Shown piece by piece: positions 39,880-49,543 of a stretch of DNA of 64,000 bases; the stretch's first letter is position 1; each line of letters opens with the position of its first letter. The notes beneath the pieces are model-generated. The model searched no databases and was not told the DNA's origin. It was given only the letters and a program-made list of their open reading frames with translations. This stretch comes from Candidatus Poribacteria bacterium. Its GTDB lineage: Bacteria > Poribacteria > WGA-4E > WGA-3G. The position numbers and the translations under genes are program-made. The stretch spans positions 3,488,001 to 3,552,000 of the forward strand of contig OZ251518.1 of NCBI GenBank assembly GCA_965242965.1, written 5' to 3'.

Positions 39880-40168
39880 CGGTAGGAGAGACCTCCCGGT
39901 CTCGATTACCGTAGGGCGAGGGCCTGTCCCTCGCCATGCCTCGGCACCCCGAACGATCGCGGGGGACAGGCCCCCGCGCTACGGTGAAAAAACGCCGACT
40001 CTTCACGTAGGGCGAGGGCCTGTCCCTCGCCAGGCTGCGGTTTACCGGAAGATCGCGGGGGAAACCCGCTCGCATGCGCGTGTGGCATGCGAGGGCCCCC
40101 GCGCTACGGTAATCGTCGCGGCAGTCTCTCCTACCCGGCGGGCATCGAGCGATTTATGAAACTCCCTC
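39880..40168. repeat. REP cluster ending in MITE right end variant TTATGAAACTCCCTC
   Basis: REP-C, REP-B/A pairs, loop-expanded REP-A, terminal sequence at 40154-40168. Confidence 0.85.
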
Positions 40169-40287
40169 AGATTAAAACTGATTGCCTTTGCCGAGACTAT
40201 CAGAATTTGCGTAAATCTTGTATAATGTTCCTAATCAACTTTGCGAGGGCGGCTGTCTCTCCGTCCGTTACTTAAGGAGTCTTTCTC

Positions 40288-43179
40288 ATGCCTAACAATC
40301 CAACGCTCGTTTTTCTTGCTATGTTTAGTTTCATGTTCGGCTTTCTCCTCCCGGCTTTTTCACACGATGAGGGAGCGGCAGATGCGACTTTCACTCTCCA
40401 ACTGCTCCACGCGGCAGACATGGAAGGCGGCGTGGAGGCACTTGAAAACGCCCCGCGCTTCTCATCCGTGCTAAACGCGCTCAAGGCAGAAGTTGCCGAT
40501 ACCGTGATTATCGGTGCAGGCGACAGTTACCTCCCCGGCCCGTTTTTCATCGCCGGTAATGACCCGAGTCTCCGTGACGTTTTGGGGCGCGAAGGTTCTG
40601 GACGCGCCGATATCCTAATGCTCAACGCCATGGGTTTTATGGCATCCGCGCTCGGCAACCATGAATTTGATGCTGGCACCGGAGGGCTTGCTAGTTTAAT
40701 TCAAGACGATGGACGCGGCTACGTCGGCACGGCGTTCCCGTTCCTGAGCGCGAACTTAGATTTTAGCACCGATAGCAACCTCGCCGGGCTCGTCGTGAGT
40801 CCTGGGCAAGAGGCTAGCACAATTCCGAACAGCATCACCAAAAGCGTCGTAATTACGACGGCTTCCGGTGGAAAGGTGGCGGTTGTCGGTGTGACTACAC
40901 CGCGGCTCCGCATGCTCGCTTCACCGGGAGATGTGGGGATTGCGCCGGCAGCCCCGGGGGATATTGCGGCACTCGCGGCCATCGTCCAAGAAGCTGTTGA
41001 CGCGCTGACAGCGGAGGGGATTAATAAAATTATCCTCACCGGACATCTGCAGCAGATTCAACTTGACGAGACGATGGCACCCATGCTGCGCGATGTGGAC
41101 ATTATCATCGCTGGCGGCTCAAATACACTCCTTGCGGATACCACCGACCGGATGCTTGATGGCGACATTGCCGAGAAAACCTATCCCATCCTCACCCATT
41201 CCGCGACGAATGAACCGATTGCCATTGTCTCCACCGATGGGGCTTACCGATACGTCGGCCGGCTCGTCGTCGAGTTTGATGGAGTTGGTATCTTAATGCC
41301 TGAGTCCATTGATGCTGCGGTGAGTGGTGTCTTCGCTACGGACGAACAAGGCGTTGTGGATACCGGCAACGCGGCACCTGCACCGCGCGTCGTTGAAATT
41401 ACCGAAGCAATCCGGAACATCGTCGTGGTGAAAGATGGCAATCTCTTTGGGCAAACCAGCGTCTACCTGAACGGCAGTCGCCGTTCTATTCGGACAGAAG
41501 AGACGAACATGGGTAGTTTAACCGCCGCTGCAGACTTGGCAGCGGCAAGACGCGTCGACCCGGGCGTGGTGGCATGCTTCAAAAATGGCGGCGGCATCCG
41601 CGGTTCCATCGGCGTGCGGGCTTACGGCGAAACGCTTCCACCGCCTGCGAACCCGTTAGTCGGCAAAGCAGCAGGACAAATCTCGCAGATGGACATCGAA
41701 AACGTGCTGCGTTTCAACGACGATTTGTCGTTGCTCACACTGACAGCACCGCAACTTCTGGCGGTTGTGGAGCACGCTGTGGCAGCCTCAGAGCCGGGTG
41801 CAACCGCCGGACAGTTTACGCAGGTTGCTGGGCTCGCTTTCAGTTTCGATTTGGCGCAGCCCCCGGGTTCGCGCGTGCAATCGCTTGTCATCACCGATGC
41901 CGATGGAAACCCCACCGATGTCGTTGCACAGGAAGGGAAACTTATCGGCAGCCCCAAACGGGCTTTCCGCATCGTTACGCTTAATTTCCTTGCCGATGGC
42001 GGCGATGGCTATCCGTATCCGAATTTCCCGAATACTGACAGGGTGGAACTTCCGACGCTGTTAACGGAGGAACTTTCCGGTGGAAACGCGACGTTTGCCA
42101 GACCGGGGACGGAGCAGGACGCGCTGGCGGAATATCTCGCCGCGCATTTCTCTGAAACGCCGTTCGCCGTTGCCGATGTCGGCCCCGAAAGCGATGAACG
42201 CATTCAGAATCTAGCCTTCCGTGCGGATAGTTTGAGCGGGTTAGCACCGACACCTAGCACCTTTGACGTTGAACTCAGCGCGGGATTGAATATGGTGAGT
42301 TTACCGCTGATGCCAGCCGAACCTTATACTGCGCGTGCCTTCATGGAGAAAGTCGGCGCGACGGCTGTCATTGCGTATAATACGGCAATTGGGAAGTTTG
42401 TCGGGTTCACCGCGAATTCTGCTGGCGATGGATTTGCCATTGATGGCGGGAAAGGCTACATCGTCAACGTCACTGAAGCGAAAAGCGTCAGTTTCACCGG
42501 GAATGGATGGGAAAACGCTCTCGCTGCACCCTTGAATGCCACACGCGCAGCCGAGCGGGTTAACGCGCACGTAGCGCGAGTGCCTGTCCCTCGCGATTCC
42601 TCGGCATGGGCATTTATTCTGCACGCGCAACTTGAAGGCATCACTGGTGTGACGTTGACTGTCTATAACAGCCGCGGCAAAGTGGTTTCCGAAAGTGTTG
42701 ATGGAAGTCACGCAGTCTGGGCAAACATGAGTCAGCAGGCGGTTGTTTCTGCTGGTGATACGCTGACGATTGAGGTGCGCGATGCAAGCGATGACGTAAT
42801 TCACAGGCTGCAACATCGGGTTACTGCTATGGATATCCAGCGCGCGTTCACAGAACTGCGCCTTACACCCCCTGATTTGAAACCGACGCAGACAGGCTTG
42901 TTTGCCAATTATCCGAATCCGTTTAACCCGGAAACGTGGCTGCCGTATCAGTTGGCGAATGACACTGATGTCGTCATTCACATCTACGCCGCGAACGGGC
43001 AACTTGTCCGTAGACTGGAGTTCGGATTCCAGAGTGCTGGCTATTACGTTGACAAATCACGCGCCGCGTATTGGGATGGCAGAAATGAACTGGGCGAACC
43101 GATGGCTTCCGGTGTCTATTTCTATCAACTCATCACGCCTGAATTCACAACGACTCGGAAGCTGGGTATTGTGAAGTAG
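40288..43179 (+). CDS. Secreted 5'-nucleotidase/metallophosphoesterase with C-terminal FlgD-Ig/T9SS-type-A-like sorting domain
   Basis: Signal peptide; LLHAADME, GAGDSY, GNHEFD, NGGGIR; C-terminal NYPNPFNPETWLPYQL...WDGRNE.GE..ASGVYFYQL. Confidence 0.88.
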   Translation: MPNNPTLVFLAMFSFMFGFLLPAFSHDEGAADATFTLQLLHAADMEGGVEALENAPRFSSVLNALKAEVADTVIIGAGDSYLPGPFFIAGNDPSLRDVLGREGSGRADILMLNAMGFMASALGNHEFDAGTGGLASLIQDDGRGYVGTAFPFLSANLDFSTDSNLAGLVVSPGQEASTIPNSITKSVVITTASGGKVAVVGVTTPRLRMLASPGDVGIAPAAPGDIAALAAIVQEAVDALTAEGINKIILTGHLQQIQLDETMAPMLRDVDIIIAGGSNTLLADTTDRMLDGDIAEKTYPILTHSATNEPIAIVSTDGAYRYVGRLVVEFDGVGILMPESIDAAVSGVFATDEQGVVDTGNAAPAPRVVEITEAIRNIVVVKDGNLFGQTSVYLNGSRRSIRTEETNMGSLTAAADLAAARRVDPGVVACFKNGGGIRGSIGVRAYGETLPPPANPLVGKAAGQISQMDIENVLRFNDDLSLLTLTAPQLLAVVEHAVAASEPGATAGQFTQVAGLAFSFDLAQPPGSRVQSLVITDADGNPTDVVAQEGKLIGSPKRAFRIVTLNFLADGGDGYPYPNFPNTDRVELPTLLTEELSGGNATFARPGTEQDALAEYLAAHFSETPFAVADVGPESDERIQNLAFRADSLSGLAPTPSTFDVELSAGLNMVSLPLMPAEPYTARAFMEKVGATAVIAYNTAIGKFVGFTANSAGDGFAIDGGKGYIVNVTEAKSVSFTGNGWENALAAPLNATRAAERVNAHVARVPVPRDSSAWAFILHAQLEGITGVTLTVYNSRGKVVSESVDGSHAVWANMSQQAVVSAGDTLTIEVRDASDDVIHRLQHRVTAMDIQRAFTELRLTPPDLKPTQTGLFANYPNPFNPETWLPYQLANDTDVVIHIYAANGQLVRRLEFGFQSAGYYVDKSRAAYWDGRNELGEPMASGVYFYQLITPEFTTTRKLGIVK

Positions 43180-44076
43180 GGACAACCTACGCGGGGGACA
43201 GGCCCCCGCGCTGCGGAAAAAAACGGCACGTCATCGTAGGGCTTGGGCCCTCGCATGCCACACGCGCATGCGAGCGGGTTTCCCTCGCCATCGTCCGCGC
43301 TACGCAAAAAACGTCTCTTGTTCTCTTCAGGTCCGTAGGACCTAAAAACATAACTTGACGATGGAGATCGCGGGGGACAGGCCCCCGCGCTACGATGAAA
43401 AAAACGGCGTGCGTTACCGTAGGGCGAGGGCCTGTCCCTCGCCATCGTTCTCGGCCACGGACACTCGCGAGGGACAGGCCCCCGCGCTACGGTAAAAAAC
43501 GGTATGTCATTGAACGCTCGCGGGGGCCTGTCCCCCGCGCTACCGGGAAAAAACGGCACTTCACCGTAGGACCTTAATGTCTATAGCACGCGCGCCCGCC
43601 AAGAACGCTAAGGTCCTTTAGGTCCTTAATAGATTTTGCCAGGTCCACGCGTTTTTTATTAAGGACCTAAAGGACCTTGAAAAGGTGCCTGCACGTGTTT
43701 CTATAGACATTAAGGACCTAAAGACCTAAAACGCCACCGTTTGACGATGGAGATTGCGGGGGACAGGCCCCCGCGCTACGGGGAAAAAACGGCACTTCAC
43801 CGTAGGGCGTGGGCCTGTCCCTCGCAATCGTTCGGGCACCCCAACACTCGCGGGGGACAGGCCCCCGCCCTACGGGAACATCGAGACCGGGAGGTCTCTC
43901 CTACCGGTGTTGCATCGAGATTCGAGGTTTCTCCTACCGGAAGGAATCGGGCCCATCTCTGTAGTTCGGGAGCGCCCGCTCCCGAACGGGTCAGGATCGG
44001 GCGCTCCTGAACTACAGAGGTGATGACGTTGCGCGATTTATGAAACACCCTAGGCGCGCTTTGAAAGCGCGCCTAC
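43176..44076. repeat. Large REP cluster with AGGACCTAA element, MITE right end and REP-E between convergent genes
   Basis: All GTAG-REP types A-E present; TTATGAAACACCC at 44038-44050. Confidence 0.9.
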
Positions 44077-45465
44077 TGGTTTCCTCCATTGCCCCGCAGT
44101 CACCTGCTCAATCAAAATGCGCGCCTTCTGACTTTCGCGCACCTGTCTCTCAATCTCAACAGGATTCCAGTCTTCTAGGAGTTGTGCCTCCAGTTCCTCG
44201 CGAATCGCTTGATACGCGGGCTCATCAGCGAGGTTATGAAATTCCCCCGGGTCTTCGCTGATGTCATAAAGTTCCGGCGCATCGCCGAGGCTATAGTTGA
44301 ATTTGTATCTCCCTTGCCGCAGCATCGCCATAGGGCGCGCCACCCCGTGCGCGAGGTATTCCGAGAAGGCGAAATTGTTCCACTCAGGCGCAGTGCCTTG
44401 TATCAAAGGCATCAGACTATCGCCATCCATCTGTCTCCCCTGCTGCGCGTTTGCTAAATCAACCAACGTCGCCGTCAAATCGACAAGCGAGACGACTTCA
44501 TCGATGCGTTTCCCTGCCTGCAGATGTCCCGGCAACTTCATTTGCAACGGCACGCGCGCCGATGCCTCGTAGAAATTAGACTTCCGCCACATCCCGTGCT
44601 CGCCGTTCATTTCACCGTGGTCGCTGGTGTAAATAACCACGGTATTCTCCGCCTGTCCGGTTTCCTCAAGAGCCGTGAGTAACCTGCCGATTTTCTCGTC
44701 AAGGTAAGTAATCAGGCCATAATAGCCGGCTCTCCCTCTGCGCACCAGTTCTTCGGGGAAATCGATACATCCGAACATGCGCCGCATCCGTTGATAGACA
44801 GGATGCTGGTTTTCGAGGTGTCCCTTCGGGATGTGAGGCATATCGATTTCGTCAAGCGGATAGAGATTCCAAAATCGCTGCGGCACGACAAGCGGAAAGT
44901 GCGGTGCGATAAAGGAGACGTTGAGGGCCCACGGTTGCTCCTTCCGCGCCGTATCGCGGAGATATTCCAACGCCGCCGTTTCTGCTAAATCATCCACCTT
45001 GATTTCTTCAGTCGTGCCGGGGCCTGCTTGTGCGAGTCCTTGCCATGGACGCTTTGCCGGTGGCGTGCCGTTTTCCCAATCGGTGAGCGCGTGCTGTCGT
45101 TCGGCGTGCAAATCGCGGGCGAGTTGTGCGCGGAATCCGTGGAGTTGTTCCATGCCGCCGAAGTGCTGTTTCCCGGCGAGAACGACATCGTAACCTGCGT
45201 TGCGCAGCAGATGCGCCCATGTGATTTCATCGGATGCCAACGGTGTTGCATTATCCCACGTGCCGATGTGGTGGATGTATTTGCCAGTCATGAAAGACAT
45301 CCGCGACGGCATGCAAAGCGGCGAGTTGCAATAGGCGTTCGTGAATGTGATGCCGTTTTCAGCGAGTCTGTCGAGATTCGGAGTCTGAACGAGTGGGTGT
45401 CCGTATGGGCTGCTGAACATGGGTGCGTGTTCATCGGACATGATGATGAGAAGGTTTGGGGGCAT
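44050..45465 (-). CDS. Sulfatase, choline-sulfatase (BetC)-like
   Basis: PNLLIIMSDEH, CMPSRMSF, YTSDHGEM.GEHGMWRK..FYE.SARVP, SEYLAHG. Confidence 0.9.
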   Translation of the reverse strand: MPPNLLIIMSDEHAPMFSSPYGHPLVQTPNLDRLAENGITFTNAYCNSPLCMPSRMSFMTGKYIHHIGTWDNATPLASDEITWAHLLRNAGYDVVLAGKQHFGGMEQLHGFRAQLARDLHAERQHALTDWENGTPPAKRPWQGLAQAGPGTTEEIKVDDLAETAALEYLRDTARKEQPWALNVSFIAPHFPLVVPQRFWNLYPLDEIDMPHIPKGHLENQHPVYQRMRRMFGCIDFPEELVRRGRAGYYGLITYLDEKIGRLLTALEETGQAENTVVIYTSDHGEMNGEHGMWRKSNFYEASARVPLQMKLPGHLQAGKRIDEVVSLVDLTATLVDLANAQQGRQMDGDSLMPLIQGTAPEWNNFAFSEYLAHGVARPMAMLRQGRYKFNYSLGDAPELYDISEDPGEFHNLADEPAYQAIREELEAQLLEDWNPVEIERQVRESQKARILIEQVTAGQWRKPVGALSKRA

Positions 45466-45492
45466 GGTTGGGGTTTCCTCCTATAAACATAG

Positions 45493-47505
45493 TTACCTGA
45501 ACTCATTGGCGACTTGCACCAGATCCAGCACATTCACAACACCATCGCCGTTGACATCTGGAGCGGCTTTGCCGAAACCATTCGCCACGTGAACGAGGTC
45601 CAGAATGTTGATAACGCCATCGCCGTTGACATCGTTTTTGTCGGTTGTCTGTTTCAGATAGATTTCGCCATCCAAATCGGGGAGGGTGTGGCGTGTGTTT
45701 CGCAAGCCGCTCTCAACGCCTGTCGCTTGCTGTGGTAGATGGATGGTTTGCTGCGCACGGCTGCGGTTGTAAACAGCCCATCCGTTGGTGAATTCGCGGA
45801 TGAAGACCCCGGGGCGATTTCCATAAAGTTGCGCTTTGGGGCCGATGGGTTGTCCGAGCTCTGCATCCCAGAAATCATACCAGTAGTGTTCGTGCTGATG
45901 GTCATGCGCTTTTCCACTCACGTGCTCTGCCGCATGCCCAGCCCAAATCTCGTAGTGATGTTCATGATCTTGCGAGCCGATTCCGGTGACATAGACGACA
46001 TATCCATCGGAATGCGTGAGACTGAGGGTTGTGATAACTCGCATCCACCGCTGATTCTTCGGGGTATCAAGCGGTTCAGTCTCAATTCCCCACCCTTCCA
46101 AGCCGTTTATTTGAGGGGCTCGTAAATTTTCCTCGGCCCAGAGAAGCGTGCTTTCAAGTTCGTAAAGGCCACCGTGGGTGTAACCCTCGTCGTGATCTCG
46201 GCCCGTTTCCATAAACGTCCCGTTCACATAAGGCGCAGAACGCGGGATCTTACTACGATTGGTGTTCACCATAATGAGAAAATCATCGCCAACCTCGGCC
46301 CGAATGCGCTGGAGGATGCTTACCATCGCATCCACCTCCGTGGCGAGGTCGCGATGGCCCTGTAACGCGCTCCACTCCTCACTCCACCAATCAAAGAAGA
46401 TACCGTCGTAGAGTCCGCATCTTGCCACGGCTATTGCCTTTTGAACGATTCCCTCTTGCACGTCCGGATGTGTGAAGTCAATGAGGAAGCTACTCCATCC
46501 TACATCCCTGACACGGTTGCCAGCTTCATCTCTGACCCAGTGCGGCCAGTCCTCTGGATACTCCTTGGGCCCCGCCAAATTAAACTCAACTCCGACAAGG
46601 AACAGCATGTTTGGATTTTGAGAAAACAGTGCATCGCGTTGTTCCTGTGCCGCCGCCAAATCACCCATAAGTTGAACCCCTTGGGCGGTAGATTGCCAAT
46701 ACAGTCCAAACAAGGGACAACAAAAATACAGGTCATGATACGCCAATCGCTCGTCCCGTGACAAGGTAGGCAGATTGATGATGTTATGCCATGCGGCAAA
46801 AATGGAAGGAAAGTTTCGTTCCATGAGCCGGTCGGCGAGCTGTGTTCCCGGCAGTTCGCAACTCATATCGTATTTAAACTCCAACAATGGCAGCGCACGA
46901 AGCGGCTCATAATCTTGAATAGGGTTGCCCTGCAGATGGAGTGACTTCAAATTTGTTAGGTTCACAAGCGGTGTCACATCAAAAATCTGATTGCCTGCCA
47001 ACCACAAATCTTCCAGTCGTGTCAGACGTGCTAACGGTATTATATCTTCGATCAAATTCCACTGAACGCGAAGCCCTTCCAGTTGTGTTAAGTTTTGAAT
47101 CGGGGTGAGATCTGAAATTTGACATCCCCCCAGATCCAGCCATGTCAAATTCGTGAGGTTTGATAACGGCGTGAGATCTGAAATTGCGTTCTCAAAGCCC
47201 ACGATACTTTCTAAGCGAATTAATTCCGCTAAAGGCGTAAGATCTCGAATAGCATTGCGTGCAATTCCGAGATACGTCAAATGTGTTGCGTGCTCCAACC
47301 CGGTCAGGTCTGTTATCTGGCGACCGGAAGCCTCCAGTCGAGTTAACCGAAGCATTTCGACTGGCTGCAATGAGAGCTCATTCGGCATCCCGAGTTCGTC
47401 GCGCACGGCCTGTCGTAAGCTCGGGTCGGGCATCCACTCTTCCTGCGCCGCTGCAATGCCGACAGCAATCAAGGAGGAGATGCAGCCTATCAAAATCTGC
47501 TTCAT
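45493..47505 (-). CDS. Secreted protein: internalin-like leucine-rich repeats, putative TIM-barrel glycoside-hydrolase-like domain, dockerin-like repeats
   Basis: ISDLTPLSNLTNLTWLDL repeats; IDFTHP..YDGIFFD motif; two DVNGDGV.N.LDLV repeats. Confidence 0.8.
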   Translation of the reverse strand: MKQILIGCISSLIAVGIAAAQEEWMPDPSLRQAVRDELGMPNELSLQPVEMLRLTRLEASGRQITDLTGLEHATHLTYLGIARNAIRDLTPLAELIRLESIVGFENAISDLTPLSNLTNLTWLDLGGCQISDLTPIQNLTQLEGLRVQWNLIEDIIPLARLTRLEDLWLAGNQIFDVTPLVNLTNLKSLHLQGNPIQDYEPLRALPLLEFKYDMSCELPGTQLADRLMERNFPSIFAAWHNIINLPTLSRDERLAYHDLYFCCPLFGLYWQSTAQGVQLMGDLAAAQEQRDALFSQNPNMLFLVGVEFNLAGPKEYPEDWPHWVRDEAGNRVRDVGWSSFLIDFTHPDVQEGIVQKAIAVARCGLYDGIFFDWWSEEWSALQGHRDLATEVDAMVSILQRIRAEVGDDFLIMVNTNRSKIPRSAPYVNGTFMETGRDHDEGYTHGGLYELESTLLWAEENLRAPQINGLEGWGIETEPLDTPKNQRWMRVITTLSLTHSDGYVVYVTGIGSQDHEHHYEIWAGHAAEHVSGKAHDHQHEHYWYDFWDAELGQPIGPKAQLYGNRPGVFIREFTNGWAVYNRSRAQQTIHLPQQATGVESGLRNTRHTLPDLDGEIYLKQTTDKNDVNGDGVINILDLVHVANGFGKAAPDVNGDGVVNVLDLVQVANEFR

Positions 47506-47587
47506 CGTTTTTCATTTCCCTTTGTGTGCGGGCGGATGTTGACATCCGTCCTGGGTTTAGGTTTTCGCGATGGCATTGTGCTATCGA

Positions 47588-48754
47588 TTACGCCGCGAAT
47601 TGCTGGAGATTGGTGCCGTTCTGGTTCTGGAGCGAGTCCGTTGATAGTTGGCGCATCTCGCGGTTAAATTTTCCGTGCTGAATCAGGTTTTCCTCCGCAG
47701 GTTGTGTGCGGCTTTCCTCTTCTCGCTCCCCTGTCAGCATTGCAGCAATATCTTCCGGCAATTCAACGCCTCGTTCGCGGGCGGCAGCCAGATCTACTTC
47801 GGCTTTTTCCCATTCGCGCAGGTATGCCGACGCTAGGGCACGGGCGTAATAGGCTTGCCCATCAGGTTTCAATTTTATCGCTTTCGTGTAGTCAGCAATG
47901 GCTCGTGTAATCTTGCCTTTGCTAAAGTAAGCGTTGCCACGGATGAAATAGGCCTGAGATTCATTGGGCTCTCGTTCTATTGCCGCGTCATAGTTTGCAA
48001 TAGCCTTATCTATCTCGTCTTTTAGAAGATAAGCAACGCCGAGATTGAGATAGGCTCTCGCCTCCTCAGGGGTAAGTTCTATCGCTTTTTGGCAGTTTGT
48101 AATAGCCGAATCAGTTTCGCCTTTTTCGATGAAAGCAAAACCGAGACTGAGATAGGTTCTTGCATCAGTGGGATTCAGTCTTATTGCCTGCGTGTAGTCT
48201 TCAATCGCCAAGTCAACTTCGCCATTAGTGTAGTGAACGTCGCCGCGCTTGACGTAGGCAGCGGCGTATTTGGGATTGAGTTCTATTGCCGTGGTAAAAT
48301 CCATAACGGCTCTGTCAAACTCGCCTGCGAGTATGTAGACACCGCCGCGGTTATGGTAGAACTTAGCGTTCTCCGGATTGATGCGTATCGCCTGAGCGCA
48401 GTCCTTGATGGCGAGGCCGAACTTGCCTTTGATGGCATAGGCAGTTCCTCGTTGCGCGTATGCTTCGGCATAGTCCGAATCAGACCGGATTGCGGCGGTG
48501 AAGTCCTGAATCGCTAAGTCAACTTCACCTTTTCCATTGTAGGCGATGCCGCGGCTGTAATGGACGCGAGCACGCCGCCGGGTTCGTCTTAACGCGGAAG
48601 TAAAGTCCGCAATCGCCAGATCGAACTCCCCCATGCTGAGGTAGACATCGCCGCGGTGAATGTAGGGCACGACAAAGGGGTGACTCATCTCAATCGCGTT
48701 GGTAAAGTGCTTGACAGATTGTCTGTAATGCTCAAGCTGCGTTTGGGTTACCAT
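47588..48754 (-). CDS. Tetratricopeptide-repeat protein
   Basis: About nine canonical 34-aa repeats (AY..RG..Y...G..D.AI.D...AI.L.P). Confidence 0.88.
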   Translation of the reverse strand: MVTQTQLEHYRQSVKHFTNAIEMSHPFVVPYIHRGDVYLSMGEFDLAIADFTSALRRTRRRARVHYSRGIAYNGKGEVDLAIQDFTAAIRSDSDYAEAYAQRGTAYAIKGKFGLAIKDCAQAIRINPENAKFYHNRGGVYILAGEFDRAVMDFTTAIELNPKYAAAYVKRGDVHYTNGEVDLAIEDYTQAIRLNPTDARTYLSLGFAFIEKGETDSAITNCQKAIELTPEEARAYLNLGVAYLLKDEIDKAIANYDAAIEREPNESQAYFIRGNAYFSKGKITRAIADYTKAIKLKPDGQAYYARALASAYLREWEKAEVDLAAARERGVELPEDIAAMLTGEREEESRTQPAEENLIQHGKFNREMRQLSTDSLQNQNGTNLQQFAA

Positions 48755-49472
48755 TTTCTGAGTCTCCTTTCCGTTTATAGGCTAAGCCCAGATAAATCTC
48801 CGTGTAGAGTTCTAGGGTGCGGCGTTGATGGCCAATAAATCCGTGGATGTCGTTATAGATAGTCGCCGGCGTGATACCGTGATACCTATCAAGGTGTTCC
48901 CGCAACGGCTTTTTGAGGCCTGCTGGAATGTTGATAACGTCGTTCCTGTTCGGTTCAATAAAACCGTCGGGATGTTCGACAAATACGCTTTTCTGTGCGA
49001 TAACGCGATTTATCGGTTCATAAGGTTCTGCGATGTAGGCATTTAACAGTGCCTTTTCCTGCAAGATAACCCTACCGTTTTCACCAGGCGAACCGTCGCA
49101 GGCAAAGAAGAGCGCGATGAGGTAGTCCTCCGTAAAATCGATGAGGTTGGTTTTTCCACCGTAGTGTTGGATTTCGGAGAGGCGTTCAAGTTCCTCCACC
49201 GGTTTACGGGAAAACTCTTTCACCGTGTCCAACATTTCTGTTTGGACTTCCGCTATATCAAATTGCTCCTGCACAACGTCAAAACCTTCGCGTCTGAGGA
49301 AGACGCGGTAGAGGTTTGATGAAACTTTCCCATGATAAGGCGGTTCCTGATAATGCGCCGGTTCACCGCGAAAAAGGTAATCGTCCTCGCGCGATTTTGC
49401 CTCAATTTTTCGGAGAAGTCCCTCAACGGTAGATTCCCCGTTGAGGGACTCGGTTTTGTTCGGTTTGCTCAT
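48732..49472 (-). CDS. FRG-domain protein
   Basis: YLFRGE, QHYGGKTNLIDFT..YLIALFFAC, N.RVIAQKSVF motifs. Confidence 0.85.
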   Translation of the reverse strand: MSKPNKTESLNGESTVEGLLRKIEAKSREDDYLFRGEPAHYQEPPYHGKVSSNLYRVFLRREGFDVVQEQFDIAEVQTEMLDTVKEFSRKPVEELERLSEIQHYGGKTNLIDFTEDYLIALFFACDGSPGENGRVILQEKALLNAYIAEPYEPINRVIAQKSVFVEHPDGFIEPNRNDVINIPAGLKKPLREHLDRYHGITPATIYNDIHGFIGHQRRTLELYTEIYLGLAYKRKGDSENGNPNAA

Positions 49473-49543
49473 TCCTGCTCCTTTTAAAAATGATACCTTA
49501 TTTGACAAAAGATATCAACCAAAAAGCGAGGCAGTGAATGCGA

